A stretch of 64,000 nucleotides of DNA, from assembly GCF_021246445.1 (NCBI RefSeq), contig NZ_JAJQXW010000002.1:496001-560000 (forward strand), in the 5' to 3' direction. The translations under genes were made by a program, and so were the position numbers. Numbering within the stretch: the first letter of the stretch is position 1; each line of letters begins with the position of its first letter. The notes under the pieces are model-generated. The model searched no databases. It was not told the DNA's origin and saw only the letters and a list, made by a program, of their open reading frames with translations. The stretch is from Rhabdothermincola salaria. GTDB lineage: Bacteria; Actinomycetota; Acidimicrobiia; Acidimicrobiales; Acidimicrobilacustridaceae. This document shows positions 54,489 through 62,949 of the stretch, in pieces.

Positions 54489-55175
54489 ATGTCGGAGCAT
54501 CCGAGGAGGGAGGCCAAGAACGAGCTGTTCGACGCCTTCGCATCGGTGGCCAAGGCCCTGAGCAGCGGGCGCCGGGTCGAGATCGTCGACCTGCTGGCCC
54601 AGGGCGAACGATCGGTCGAGGAGGTCGCCCGCGAGATCGACCAGAGCGTGGCCAACACCTCCCACCACCTGCGCAGCCTGGCCACCTCCGGTCTGGTGCG
54701 ATCGCGCCGTGACGGACAGCGCATCATCTATCGCCTCGCCAGCGACCGGGTGGCCGAGCTGTGGGCGGCCATGCGAGACGTGGCCGCCACCCACGTCGCC
54801 GACATCGAGGTGCTCGCCGAGGCCTACCTGGGGGCGCGCGACGAGGTGCAGGAGGTCACCGCCGACGAGTTGGCGCGACGCGTCCGCCGAGGCCGGGCGA
54901 TCGTGATCGACGTCCGCCCCACGACGGAGTACCAGGCCGGGCACATCGCCGGGGCCCGTTCGATCCCTCTCGACCGACTGGCCGACGTGGTCGACGACCT
55001 GCCGGACGATCGCGACGTGATCGCCTACTGCCGCGGTCCGTACTGCGTGTACGCCGACGACGCCGTCCGACTTCTCACCGCTCGTGGGATCTCGAGTCGC
55101 CGCCTCGACGTCGGCTACCCGGAGTGGGTGCGTGACGGACGCCCGATCGAGAGCAGCGACGAGCGCATCGCCTGA
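54489..55175 (+). CDS. ArsR/SmtB wHTH - rhodanese fusion regulator
   Basis: KALSSGRRVEIVDLLAQGERSVEE...ANTSHHLRSL...GLV; rhodanese IDVRP..EY.AGHIAGARSIP, YCRGPYCVYA. Confidence 0.92.
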   Translation: MSEHPRREAKNELFDAFASVAKALSSGRRVEIVDLLAQGERSVEEVAREIDQSVANTSHHLRSLATSGLVRSRRDGQRIIYRLASDRVAELWAAMRDVAATHVADIEVLAEAYLGARDEVQEVTADELARRVRRGRAIVIDVRPTTEYQAGHIAGARSIPLDRLADVVDDLPDDRDVIAYCRGPYCVYADDAVRLLTARGISSRRLDVGYPEWVRDGRPIESSDERIA

Positions 55176-55218
55176 ACGTGCTCGCCGTCTGACGACCGGT
55201 GGTGGGCCGCCGTCGGGG

Positions 55219-56103
55219 TCAGGCCAGGCTGCCGGAGGCGATGGGGGTGCTGGAGGGGGCGGTGCTGCCCCCCACGGGCTCCTCGGAGATGGCCAGCTGC
55301 CGGCTGGACCCGGCCGCCACCACCGCGACCTGTGGGTTCGCGCCGAGCAGGCCCAGCGACACCGGCGTGGCACCGTCCACCGACCAGAGCTGGTAGGTGC
55401 GGTCGTCGGCCAGCGCGGGCAGGTCGTCGCCCAGGACGAAGGCCCGTCCGTCGGGGTCGACCACCACCTCGATCTCGGCCCCGTCGGCCCCCTCGAGCAC
55501 GCCGCGTCGGCTTCCTGGCTCCTCGGCGGCCCGTTCGGCGGCCGCGGTGAGGCGCTGGGCGAGATCGCCGTTGCCCGAGCCCTCGTCGCGGACCACCACG
55601 ATGCCGAGCACGAGGGCCACCGCGGCGGCGACGCCGGCGACGGCGGCGAGGACGCGTGTCGTGGTGGGTGACGCTCCCGCGCGTCGGGCTCGTCGCTGGG
55701 CCAGCTCGTCGGTGCGGTCGGCGGCCAGAGGGGCGGGGGTGCCGGTCGGGGCGGCCGGGGGTGCGACGGCGTCGGACCCGGTCGGGGTGCTCGCGACGGT
55801 CGGCGTCGCGGGCGGGTCCTCAGGGGTCGTCGTGACCTCGGGGGCGGTGTCCCGGGGCGGAAGGCTGGCGGCGATCTGGTCCCACAGGGCCGGAGGCGGC
55901 TCCACGGCCTGTGCCGCGGTCAGCTCGTCGATGGCGTGCGTGAGGCGGTCGGCCTCGCGGCGGGCGTCCGGGTCGTGGGCGAGGCGGGCCTCGACCGCGG
56001 CTCGTTCGTCGGCGTCGAGGGCGTCGAGGGCGTACGCGCCGAGCAGGTCGTCGATCTCGTCGGCGGAGCCGTCGTCGGAGGATCGTGGGATGTCGGGGGT
56101 CAT
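55219..56103 (-). CDS. rskA: Anti-sigma factor, RskA-like
   Basis: DLLGAYALDALD..ER..VE, VEPPPAL, single TM, LPAL..DRTYQLW...PVSLGLL, AISEEP.GGS..PS; ATGA-coupled to the sigma gene. Confidence 0.85.
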   Translation of the reverse strand: MTPDIPRSSDDGSADEIDDLLGAYALDALDADERAAVEARLAHDPDARREADRLTHAIDELTAAQAVEPPPALWDQIAASLPPRDTAPEVTTTPEDPPATPTVASTPTGSDAVAPPAAPTGTPAPLAADRTDELAQRRARRAGASPTTTRVLAAVAGVAAAVALVLGIVVVRDEGSGNGDLAQRLTAAAERAAEEPGSRRGVLEGADGAEIEVVVDPDGRAFVLGDDLPALADDRTYQLWSVDGATPVSLGLLGANPQVAVVAAGSSRQLAISEEPVGGSTAPSSTPIASGSLA

Positions 56104-56678
56104 GGCGTCGTCCCCAGGCCGGCGTCGGACAGGGCGTTGCTGAGCTTGTTGAGGCCCAGACGGATGCGGCTCTTCACCGTGCCTTCGGGCAACGACAGCA
56201 TCGCAGCCACCTCCCGGTAGGTGTGGCCACCGAAGTAGGCGAGCTCGATGGCCTGCCGTTCCCCGTCGGAGAGCTCGGCGAGCGCGTCGCGCACGATCTC
56301 GGAACGGATGAGCGCCCAGACCTCGCGGTCGACGTCGTCGTGCTGGAGGTTCACGGGGTCGCGCCGGTGGTCGTCGTCCTCGCGCCGGGCTCGCGCCTGT
56401 TCCGATCGGATGCGCTCGATGGAGCGGCTCTGGGTCTCGCGGTAGAGGAAGGACCGCAAGGCCCCTCGGGTCGGGTCGTAGCGCCGGGGTTCGGTCCAGA
56501 GGCGCAGGAACACCTCCTGCACGACTTCCTCGGCCCGGTGCTCGTCGGAGAGCACCCGCCGGGCGAGCGCGTACATGGCGCCGGCGTGACGGTCGTAGAC
56601 CTCGCGCAACGCGGCCTCGGAGCCGTCGACGACGGCGTGCATGAGATCGGCGTCGCCGGTGGCTGGTGGAGGAGACAT
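56100..56678 (-). CDS. sigK: ECF sigma factor, SigK-like
   Basis: AEEVVQEVFLRLW...YDPTRG (region 2); ERQAIELAYFGGHTYREVA..L..PEGTVKSRIRLGL (region 4); next to an RskA-like gene. Symbol is by family resemblance. Confidence 0.85.
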   Translation of the reverse strand: MSPPPATGDADLMHAVVDGSEAALREVYDRHAGAMYALARRVLSDEHRAEEVVQEVFLRLWTEPRRYDPTRGALRSFLYRETQSRSIERIRSEQARARREDDDHRRDPVNLQHDDVDREVWALIRSEIVRDALAELSDGERQAIELAYFGGHTYREVAAMLSLPEGTVKSRIRLGLNKLSNALSDAGLGTTP

Positions 56679-56759
56679 GGGGAGAGAGCGCGTGCCCGGG
56701 GCCGGGACGCGACGACCCTACCGGCGCCGCTCCCGGTCGACCGAGGCGGGGCACGGTGC

Positions 56760-56867
56760 TCAGCCATCGGTGTCGTCGAGCGGGTGGTCGCGGAAGGCGT
56801 CGAAGCCGATGCCCTCGAGGTCGAGGCGTTCGTCGAGTCGATCGGGCACGGGCATCGGCGCAGGCAT
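56760..56867 (-). CDS. Putative 35-aa small protein upstream of the ECF sigma gene
   Basis: MPAPMPVPDRLDERLDLEGIGFDAFRDHPLDDTDG*; RBS GAGGAG 5 nt before ATG; GC3-biased codons; below the ORF-track length cut-off. Confidence 0.55.
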   Translation of the reverse strand: MPAPMPVPDRLDERLDLEGIGFDAFRDHPLDDTDG

Positions 56868-56921
56868 GGGGTCTCCTCGCAAGGGTCCGACGGGCGCCGT
56901 GGGTCGTGGCGCGCCAGTGCC

Positions 56922-56951
56922 CCCACTCCGCGACGGATGCCCCGGGCGGAT
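56922..56951 (-). promoter_or_regulatory. Putative autoregulatory ECF promoter of the smallORF-sigK-rskA operon
   Basis: Minus strand ATCCG-N16-CGGAGTGGG; same as 35341-35370. Confidence 0.6.
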
Positions 56952-56982
56952 GTCTGGCCGGCTCCGGGGCCCGACGCGATCG

Positions 56983-58203
56983 TCAGCGGCCGCTGGTGGC
57001 GTCGCCGGCGGGCTCGCCGCCGGTGGCAGTCGGCTCCGGCGGGAGCAGACGGGCCGGCCCGGCGAGGGCCAGCGCGGCCGCGGCGCCGGCGGCGCCGATG
57101 AGGATGACGACGGCGTAGGACGGCGGGGCCACGTACATGGTGAGCAGGAACGCGGCGGCGATGCGTCCCTTCAGGAACACGGCGCTCACCGCTGCGGTGC
57201 CCGCCACCATCACGATGTCGGTCTCGAGTCCGAGCCCGTCGGCGAGGAGCACTGCGGCGGCGGACACCGAGAAGAACAGCGGGAAGACCGGGCCGCCGCG
57301 CCAGCCGGCACCGAGGGCGATCACCAGCGCCACCCACTTGGCGACCACGAGGTAGGCGAGGGTGCCGTAGCCGAGCTCCGGGAGCGACTGGTAGCCGGTC
57401 TGGCCCGAGAACAACACGAGGTGGGTGGGCAGGGCGAGCAGGGCGAACAGCAAGCCGGCGACCATGGCGAAGGGGATGGGCGCCCGTCGGAAGCGAGCGG
57501 CCTCCTCTGCCCGGTTGGCGATGTGGGCGCCCCAGGCGATGGGCAGCGCGGCGAGCGCGCCGAAGCCGAAGGCGACGAGCACCACGCCGACGCCCAGGTC
57601 GCCGTCGAACGTGCCGAAGCGGAAGCTGGTGTCGAGCTGACCGAAGGGCAGCCACCGGTACGTGACCAGCCCGGCGACGGCAGCCAGCCAGTAGGGGAGC
57701 TGGCGCACGGCGCGAGGTAGAGCGTCGTCGTTCTCGGCCCCGAAGGCCTGGCGGACGAGGCGACGAGCCCCGTGCACGCGGTCGCTGATCCAGGTCGCCG
57801 ACCCGCCGAGAAGGCCGGCCAGGGCCGCCTCGAACCCGACGGGGCCGCCGGCGACGAGGGCGAACAACGAGTTGAGCATCGTGGCCGGGATCGTCCTCGG
57901 CTCGACCTGCCCGTGGTTCTTCCACTTGGCCACGACCCGCTCGATGGACTCCGGCTGGTTGCCGAGCAGCATCTGGCCGAGCCCGACGACGAGCCCGCCC
58001 CCGATGAGGATGGCGAACGGCCACCACGAGGAGTACGGGTCGACTCCGGCCCGGTCGGGGAGTGTGTCCCAGACCAGGTCGAGGCCCGATTCGTAGAGCC
58101 AGATGAAGCCGGCGGTGATCAGCGCGGCGAGGGCGCCACCGGCCATCGCCACTGCGAGGAGCGCAGCGACGGAACCCAGCTCACCCGCGCGCCGCCCTCC
58201 CAT
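56983..58203 (-). CDS. CLC-family chloride channel/transporter-like membrane protein (short, no CBS domains)
   Basis: GGPVGFEAAL (GxEGP-like), LFSGQ, GWRGGPVFP; many TM helices. Confidence 0.8.
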   Translation of the reverse strand: MGGRRAGELGSVAALLAVAMAGGALAALITAGFIWLYESGLDLVWDTLPDRAGVDPYSSWWPFAILIGGGLVVGLGQMLLGNQPESIERVVAKWKNHGQVEPRTIPATMLNSLFALVAGGPVGFEAALAGLLGGSATWISDRVHGARRLVRQAFGAENDDALPRAVRQLPYWLAAVAGLVTYRWLPFGQLDTSFRFGTFDGDLGVGVVLVAFGFGALAALPIAWGAHIANRAEEAARFRRAPIPFAMVAGLLFALLALPTHLVLFSGQTGYQSLPELGYGTLAYLVVAKWVALVIALGAGWRGGPVFPLFFSVSAAAVLLADGLGLETDIVMVAGTAAVSAVFLKGRIAAAFLLTMYVAPPSYAVVILIGAAGAAAALALAGPARLLPPEPTATGGEPAGDATSGR

Positions 58204-58274
58204 GCGGACTCACCGTAGTCACCCACCCGAGGGCGGCGGAGCACGCGAGGCGGGGGCTCCGACCTCAGGCGGCG

Positions 58275-58754
58275 TCAACCAGCGGGGGCGGCGGGTGGGC
58301 TGTCGGCCACGGCCAGCTTGGCGTTGGCGAAGCGCTCGTCGTCGGTGACCTCTGCGCCGAAGCCGGGAGGTGGGGTGAAGGCTCGGGAGGCTTCGTCGCT
58401 GTCGAACTCGACCTCGACGACGCTCAGCCCCTCGAGACGTCCGCGGTAGCGATCCAGCTCGGCGACGAGGCCTCCGCTGATCGGCACCCGGTGCCGCACC
58501 TTCTGCAGACGGCTGCCGGCGGTGAGCTCCCACAGCTGGTCGAAGGTCTCGGCGTCGACCGGGATCTCCACCTCGGTGCGGCTGCGCCCCTTGCCTGCCT
58601 TCCAGGTGACCACGTGGTGGTCGCCGTAGCGACGGACGCGGATCTCGACGTCGGGGCCGAAGTACCCCTGGTCGATCTCGTCCGCGCTGGTCTCTTCGTT
58701 GGCGTCCCAGTCGTCGTCCTCGACCAGGAACTTGCGCTCGATCTCGGTGCCCAT
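58275..58754 (-). CDS. CYTH-domain protein (triphosphate tunnel metalloenzyme)
   Basis: EIERKFLV, IDQGY, IRVR, RTEVE, KVRH, ELDRY, VVEVEF, EVTDD.RF.NA.LA. Confidence 0.92.
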   Translation of the reverse strand: MGTEIERKFLVEDDDWDANEETSADEIDQGYFGPDVEIRVRRYGDHHVVTWKAGKGRSRTEVEIPVDAETFDQLWELTAGSRLQKVRHRVPISGGLVAELDRYRGRLEGLSVVEVEFDSDEASRAFTPPPGFGAEVTDDERFANAKLAVADSPPAAPAG

Positions 58755-58947
58755 GGTGCTCCGTCTCCCTGCCCGCGGCGTCGTCATCCGATCACGTCAC
58801 GGCGCCCACGTCACGGCGCCGCCCCTCATCCGGGGAGCCGTGGGCATGATCCGTACCCGGTGCCGCCTCGCGACACACCGGGAGTATGGGCGGGCGCATC
58901 ATCGGGTACGAGCGCACCGAGACACGACGAACCATCGGGATGGGGCC

Positions 58948-60018
58948 ATGGCCTACGCCATCGAACGCGAGAACACAGTCGAGGAGTCGGTGCGAGCCGC
59001 CGCCGCCGAGCAGGTCGACAAGGCCCTCGGTGACCTTCGGGACCTGGGGCGGATCGGCCCGGTCGAGGCGGTCCACGACTGCCGGAAGCGTTGCAAGAAG
59101 CTTCGTGGGCTCGTGCGACTCGTCCGCCCGTCGATGGGCAGCCAGTACGGGGAGGCCAACGCCGTCTTCCGCGACGCAGCCCGCGAGCTCAGCAGCATCC
59201 GGGATGCCCAGTCGCTGCTCGGCACCTTCGACGACGTCGTCGCCGCCAGCTCTGACCAGCTGCCCGACGGTGGGCTCCCCGCAGTGCGCGCCGGGCTGCG
59301 CCGGCGCGCGGTCGCGGCCACCACCGAGATCGAGGGCGACGACGATCGGGTGCAGCGGGCCCGTCGGCTCCTCGAAGAGGGGCGCGATGCGATCGACGGC
59401 TGGTCGTTGGCCGACGACGGTTGGGATGCCATCGGCCCCGGGCTCGCCAAGACCTACGCCCGCGGCCGCAAGGCCATCGCCAGCATCGCCGACGCACCGT
59501 CGCCCGAGAACTTCCACGAGTGGCGCAAGCGCGCCAAGTACACCTGGTACCACGTCCGCCTCGTCGAACGCGCTGCCCCCTCGGTGCTCGTGCCGCTGGG
59601 TGAGCGGTTCCACGATCTGGCTGACGCGCTCGGCGATGCCCACGACCTGGCCGTCCTCGAGCGGCAGCTGACGACCAGCCCCGAGGAGTTCGGCGGCGAC
59701 GAGCAGATCGAAGGCGCTCTCATCGTGCTGCGGGGCCGGCGGATGGCCCTCGAGGCTGCCGCTCGGAGCCTCGGGCCCCGGCTCTACGCCGAGAAGCCCG
59801 GTGCGTTCGTGGATCGTCTCGGCCGCTACTGGGACACGTGGCAGGCCCTGGGCGACGAGCTCCGCGCCGGTGAGATCGCCGACCTGTGCGCGCCCGTCGA
59901 CGGGTTGGAGGAACTGAACGTCGACCGGCTCAGCGCCATGGCCGGGGAGGCCGAGATCCCCGGGCGCTCCGGTATGCGCAAGGCGGACCTGATCGGTGCG
60001 CTCCGGGTTCGAGGCTGA
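58948..60018 (+). CDS. CHAD-domain (polyphosphate-binding) protein with C-terminal Rho_N-like helical tail
   Basis: VHDCRKRCKKLRGLVRL, LSSIRD, FHEWRKRAK, LADALGDAHDLAVL; tail LEELNVDRL..MA.EAEIPGRSGMRKADLI.AL. Confidence 0.88.
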   Translation: MAYAIERENTVEESVRAAAAEQVDKALGDLRDLGRIGPVEAVHDCRKRCKKLRGLVRLVRPSMGSQYGEANAVFRDAARELSSIRDAQSLLGTFDDVVAASSDQLPDGGLPAVRAGLRRRAVAATTEIEGDDDRVQRARRLLEEGRDAIDGWSLADDGWDAIGPGLAKTYARGRKAIASIADAPSPENFHEWRKRAKYTWYHVRLVERAAPSVLVPLGERFHDLADALGDAHDLAVLERQLTTSPEEFGGDEQIEGALIVLRGRRMALEAAARSLGPRLYAEKPGAFVDRLGRYWDTWQALGDELRAGEIADLCAPVDGLEELNVDRLSAMAGEAEIPGRSGMRKADLIGALRVRG

Positions 60019-60138
60019 CCGGACGGCTTCGACCTTCGGTTCCTGTCGACGCAGCTGAGCACCTCCCACCGGACGCGGAGGGCGCACAGCCGGGATCGCC
60101 TCCTCGCCGAGATCGCCGACGGCGACGTCGCGCCGGCG

Positions 60139-60885
60139 TCACCTCCCACGTTGGCGCTCGCCGGTGCGTTCGAGGAAGAAGGCGCCGAGCGAGCCGGCGA
60201 GGGTGGCGAACAGGATCGTGGCGTACAGCGCCAACGTCAGCTCGAGTGTGCCGGCCACCGCTCCGTCCAAGCCGAAGGGCTCTCCGCTGATGGTGGCGAA
60301 GGCCACGTCGTGGAGGGCTTCGGCGTAGGTGACGCCGGGGCCGTACTCGTAGAGGATCTGGCTGCCGCCGAGCACCATGCCGATGGTGGCGGCACCGAGG
60401 TAGGCGACGCGGCTGCCCAACGTGCGTCCGGCGGTCCGGGTGCCGCGCACCGAGGTGGCCACGGCCCGCCCCACCCGTGCACTGCGGGTCAGGGCGCGTA
60501 GGAAGCGCAGGAACGGCAGCACCAGGAAGACGACCTGCCACCAGTTGCGTCGAAGGAAGGCGGCCGTGGAGGGGGCGACCACCATGCGGGCCAGGAACTC
60601 CACCACGAACAGCGACCAGAGGGCCCAGCTGGCGACGTCGAACACCCAGCGCCACTCGGCCGTTGCGGGAGTGAGCCCCTCCGAGACCACGATGAGCACC
60701 AGCAGGATCCCGGCCACCGTGACGGGGACGTCCAGCTCGGCGGCGATGCGCTCGGCCAGCAGCTCCCGGTCCGACGGGGGCCGTTCGCGGAGCGGCACGT
60801 GCCCGGACCGTCGCGACGCCGTTCGTGGTGGTCCTGCCTCGTCGCTCCCGGCGGGCCCTGCACCGGCGGTGTCGGAGTCACCCAT
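60139..60885 (-). CDS. 6TM ion-channel-like membrane protein with atypical pore motif
   Basis: S2 LWSLFVVEFLAR, RRNW, S4-like PFLRFLRALTRSARVGR, pore region YAEALHDVAFATISGEP, S6 helix. Confidence 0.7.
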   Translation of the reverse strand: MGDSDTAGAGPAGSDEAGPPRTASRRSGHVPLRERPPSDRELLAERIAAELDVPVTVAGILLVLIVVSEGLTPATAEWRWVFDVASWALWSLFVVEFLARMVVAPSTAAFLRRNWWQVVFLVLPFLRFLRALTRSARVGRAVATSVRGTRTAGRTLGSRVAYLGAATIGMVLGGSQILYEYGPGVTYAEALHDVAFATISGEPFGLDGAVAGTLELTLALYATILFATLAGSLGAFFLERTGERQRGR

Positions 60886-60984
60886 CCCGGTGGACCTACC
60901 CTTCTTCGCCGCGAGCGTCCCCGGCGGTTCTCCCACTTGCCGGGGTGCGACGCCTGATCGAAGGCGACGACGTGGAGGAGACCG

Positions 60985-61848
60985 ATGGACGACGCTTCGA
61001 CCGAGCCCGACGAGGCCTACCGCCGGCTGCCAGGGGTCGGGCCGTATGCGCCGCGGCTCGGTGGTGCGCTGATCACCTGGGTGGAACCGATGCCGGAGCA
61101 CGTCGTCGGCTACAACCGCTGGTACGAGGACGATCACATGATCACCGGCGCCATGGCCATGCCGTGGATGTTCTCGTGTCGCCGCTGGGTGGCGCCGCGC
61201 TGGCTCCAGCACCTGCGCGGCCCGTCCGGTTCCCGGGTGGCCGTGCCGCTCGAAGCGGGGAAGTACATCGGGATCTACTGGATCAACGAGGGGCGCATCG
61301 ATGACCACCAGCAGTGGTCCCTCGGTACCAACAACCGCCTCCACGCCGACGGACGGGGCAGCTACCGGGGCGCTGGTCACGATCCCACGGAGGAGCGGCG
61401 CCACGTCTTCACTGCGTTCCACGACTACCTCGGGCCCGTCTACCGCGACGACGATGTGCCCCGCGACGTCCATGCGCTCGTCCAGCCCTATGGAGGGCTC
61501 GTGGTCGAGGTGATCGACGCCGTCGGGGGCGACCGGCCGGCCCTCGACCGCTGGCTGGCGGAGGAGCACCTCCCCACTGTCGTCGGCGGGCCGGTGGCGC
61601 TGTCGACGCGCTTCGGACCGCGCCCGCTCCCGCCGGACAAGTTGGGCCACGTCGCCGAGCTCGAAGGGGTGGAGCACGTCGTGGCGGTGCTGCACTTCCT
61701 CGACGTCGACCCGCGCGAGTGCTGGGAGGAGCACTTCGCCGACAGCGAGGCCCGCATCGCGGCCGGCGGCGTCGGGGCCCTCGCCGTGCAGGCCGCGTTC
61801 GTCCCCACGAAGCACGGCACCGATGCCTACACCGACGAGCTGTTCTAG
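60985..61848 (+). CDS. Conserved hypothetical protein, EthD-like dimeric alpha/beta barrel-like
   Basis: YNRWYEDDH and second-half LDRWLAEEH motifs; RBS GGAGGAG. Confidence 0.7.
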   Translation: MDDASTEPDEAYRRLPGVGPYAPRLGGALITWVEPMPEHVVGYNRWYEDDHMITGAMAMPWMFSCRRWVAPRWLQHLRGPSGSRVAVPLEAGKYIGIYWINEGRIDDHQQWSLGTNNRLHADGRGSYRGAGHDPTEERRHVFTAFHDYLGPVYRDDDVPRDVHALVQPYGGLVVEVIDAVGGDRPALDRWLAEEHLPTVVGGPVALSTRFGPRPLPPDKLGHVAELEGVEHVVAVLHFLDVDPRECWEEHFADSEARIAAGGVGALAVQAAFVPTKHGTDAYTDELF

Positions 61849-61908
61849 GAGCGCCACCACGAGGTGCAGCCCCCGATCGACCGCGACGCGGGTGTCAGCG
61901 GAGGTCGA

Positions 61909-62949
61909 TCACGAGCGCCGGCGGAGGAGGGCGGCGTAGAGGGTGAGGCCGGGGCCGAACGCCATGGCCACCACGTGGTCGCCGTCGTCGAACGAGGACG
62001 TGTCGACCAGCTCTTGGAGGATGACGAGCACGGTCGGGGACGAGCAGTTGCCGTGGTCGCGGAGGACCCGGCGCGATGCGGCGAGGTCGTCCGGGTCCAG
62101 ACCCAGCCGGTCGCCCACGACGTCGACGATCCTGGGCCCGCCGGGGTGGATGGCCCAGCCGGCGACGTCACCGACGGCCAGCGCGTGCGGTGACAGCAGC
62201 TCGCTCACGACGTCGGCGACGTGGCGGGCCAGCGCCGCCGGGACCCGGGGGGAGAGGCCCATGCGGAAGCCGTGGTCGGTGACGTCCCAGGTCATCTGGT
62301 CGGCCCGGGTGGAGTCGGTGCGGGCCACCACGTCGACCATCTCGAACCCGGAGCCTCCGGGCGTCACGGCGACGGCGGCGGCCGCATCGGCGAAGAGGGC
62401 GTGGGCGACGACCTGATCGAGCTGGTCGGAAGGTGGTTGCACGTGGAGGCTGCACAGCTCGAGGCACAGCAGCACGGCCGTCTTGCCCCGTGCGGTGGCC
62501 GCGTCGGCGACGGTGGCGAGTCCCGGGATGGCGGCGTAGCAGCCCATGTGGCCGATGTGGACCCTCTGGGTGGAGACGTCCATGCCGAGGGTGTCGGCCA
62601 GCCTGATGTCGAGCCCGGGCGTGCCGTAGCCGGTGCAGGACACGACGGCGAACAGGTCGACGTCGGTCGGCTCGAGGCCGGCGTCGGCCAGGCAGCCCTG
62701 CACCGCTTCGGCCCCGAGCGGCATCGCCTCCTCCATGAACCGTTCCATGCGGGCGCCGGTGCCCCAGGTGCTCACGTCGGTGTCGGTCGGTACGACGACG
62801 CCGCCCCGGGCCTCGACCCCGGAGTTGGCCCAGACCTGCTCGGCCCCACGGCGCTCGCCGAAGCGAGCCGCGAAGAACCGGTCCCACAGCTCGCCCTGGT
62901 CGGTCGACGGGGGGAACGCCGAACCGAAGCCGGTGACGGTGCCCCTCAC
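61909..62949 (-). CDS. Type III polyketide synthase (chalcone/stilbene synthase family)
   Basis: Catalytic Cys (HMGCYA), His (IHPGG), Asn (HGNCSS); ELCSLH, LFADAA, AFGPGLT; GTG 62949 overlaps the upstream stop. Confidence 0.95.
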   Translation of the reverse strand: MRGTVTGFGSAFPPSTDQGELWDRFFAARFGERRGAEQVWANSGVEARGGVVVPTDTDVSTWGTGARMERFMEEAMPLGAEAVQGCLADAGLEPTDVDLFAVVSCTGYGTPGLDIRLADTLGMDVSTQRVHIGHMGCYAAIPGLATVADAATARGKTAVLLCLELCSLHVQPPSDQLDQVVAHALFADAAAAVAVTPGGSGFEMVDVVARTDSTRADQMTWDVTDHGFRMGLSPRVPAALARHVADVVSELLSPHALAVGDVAGWAIHPGGPRIVDVVGDRLGLDPDDLAASRRVLRDHGNCSSPTVLVILQELVDTSSFDDGDHVVAMAFGPGLTLYAALLRRRS

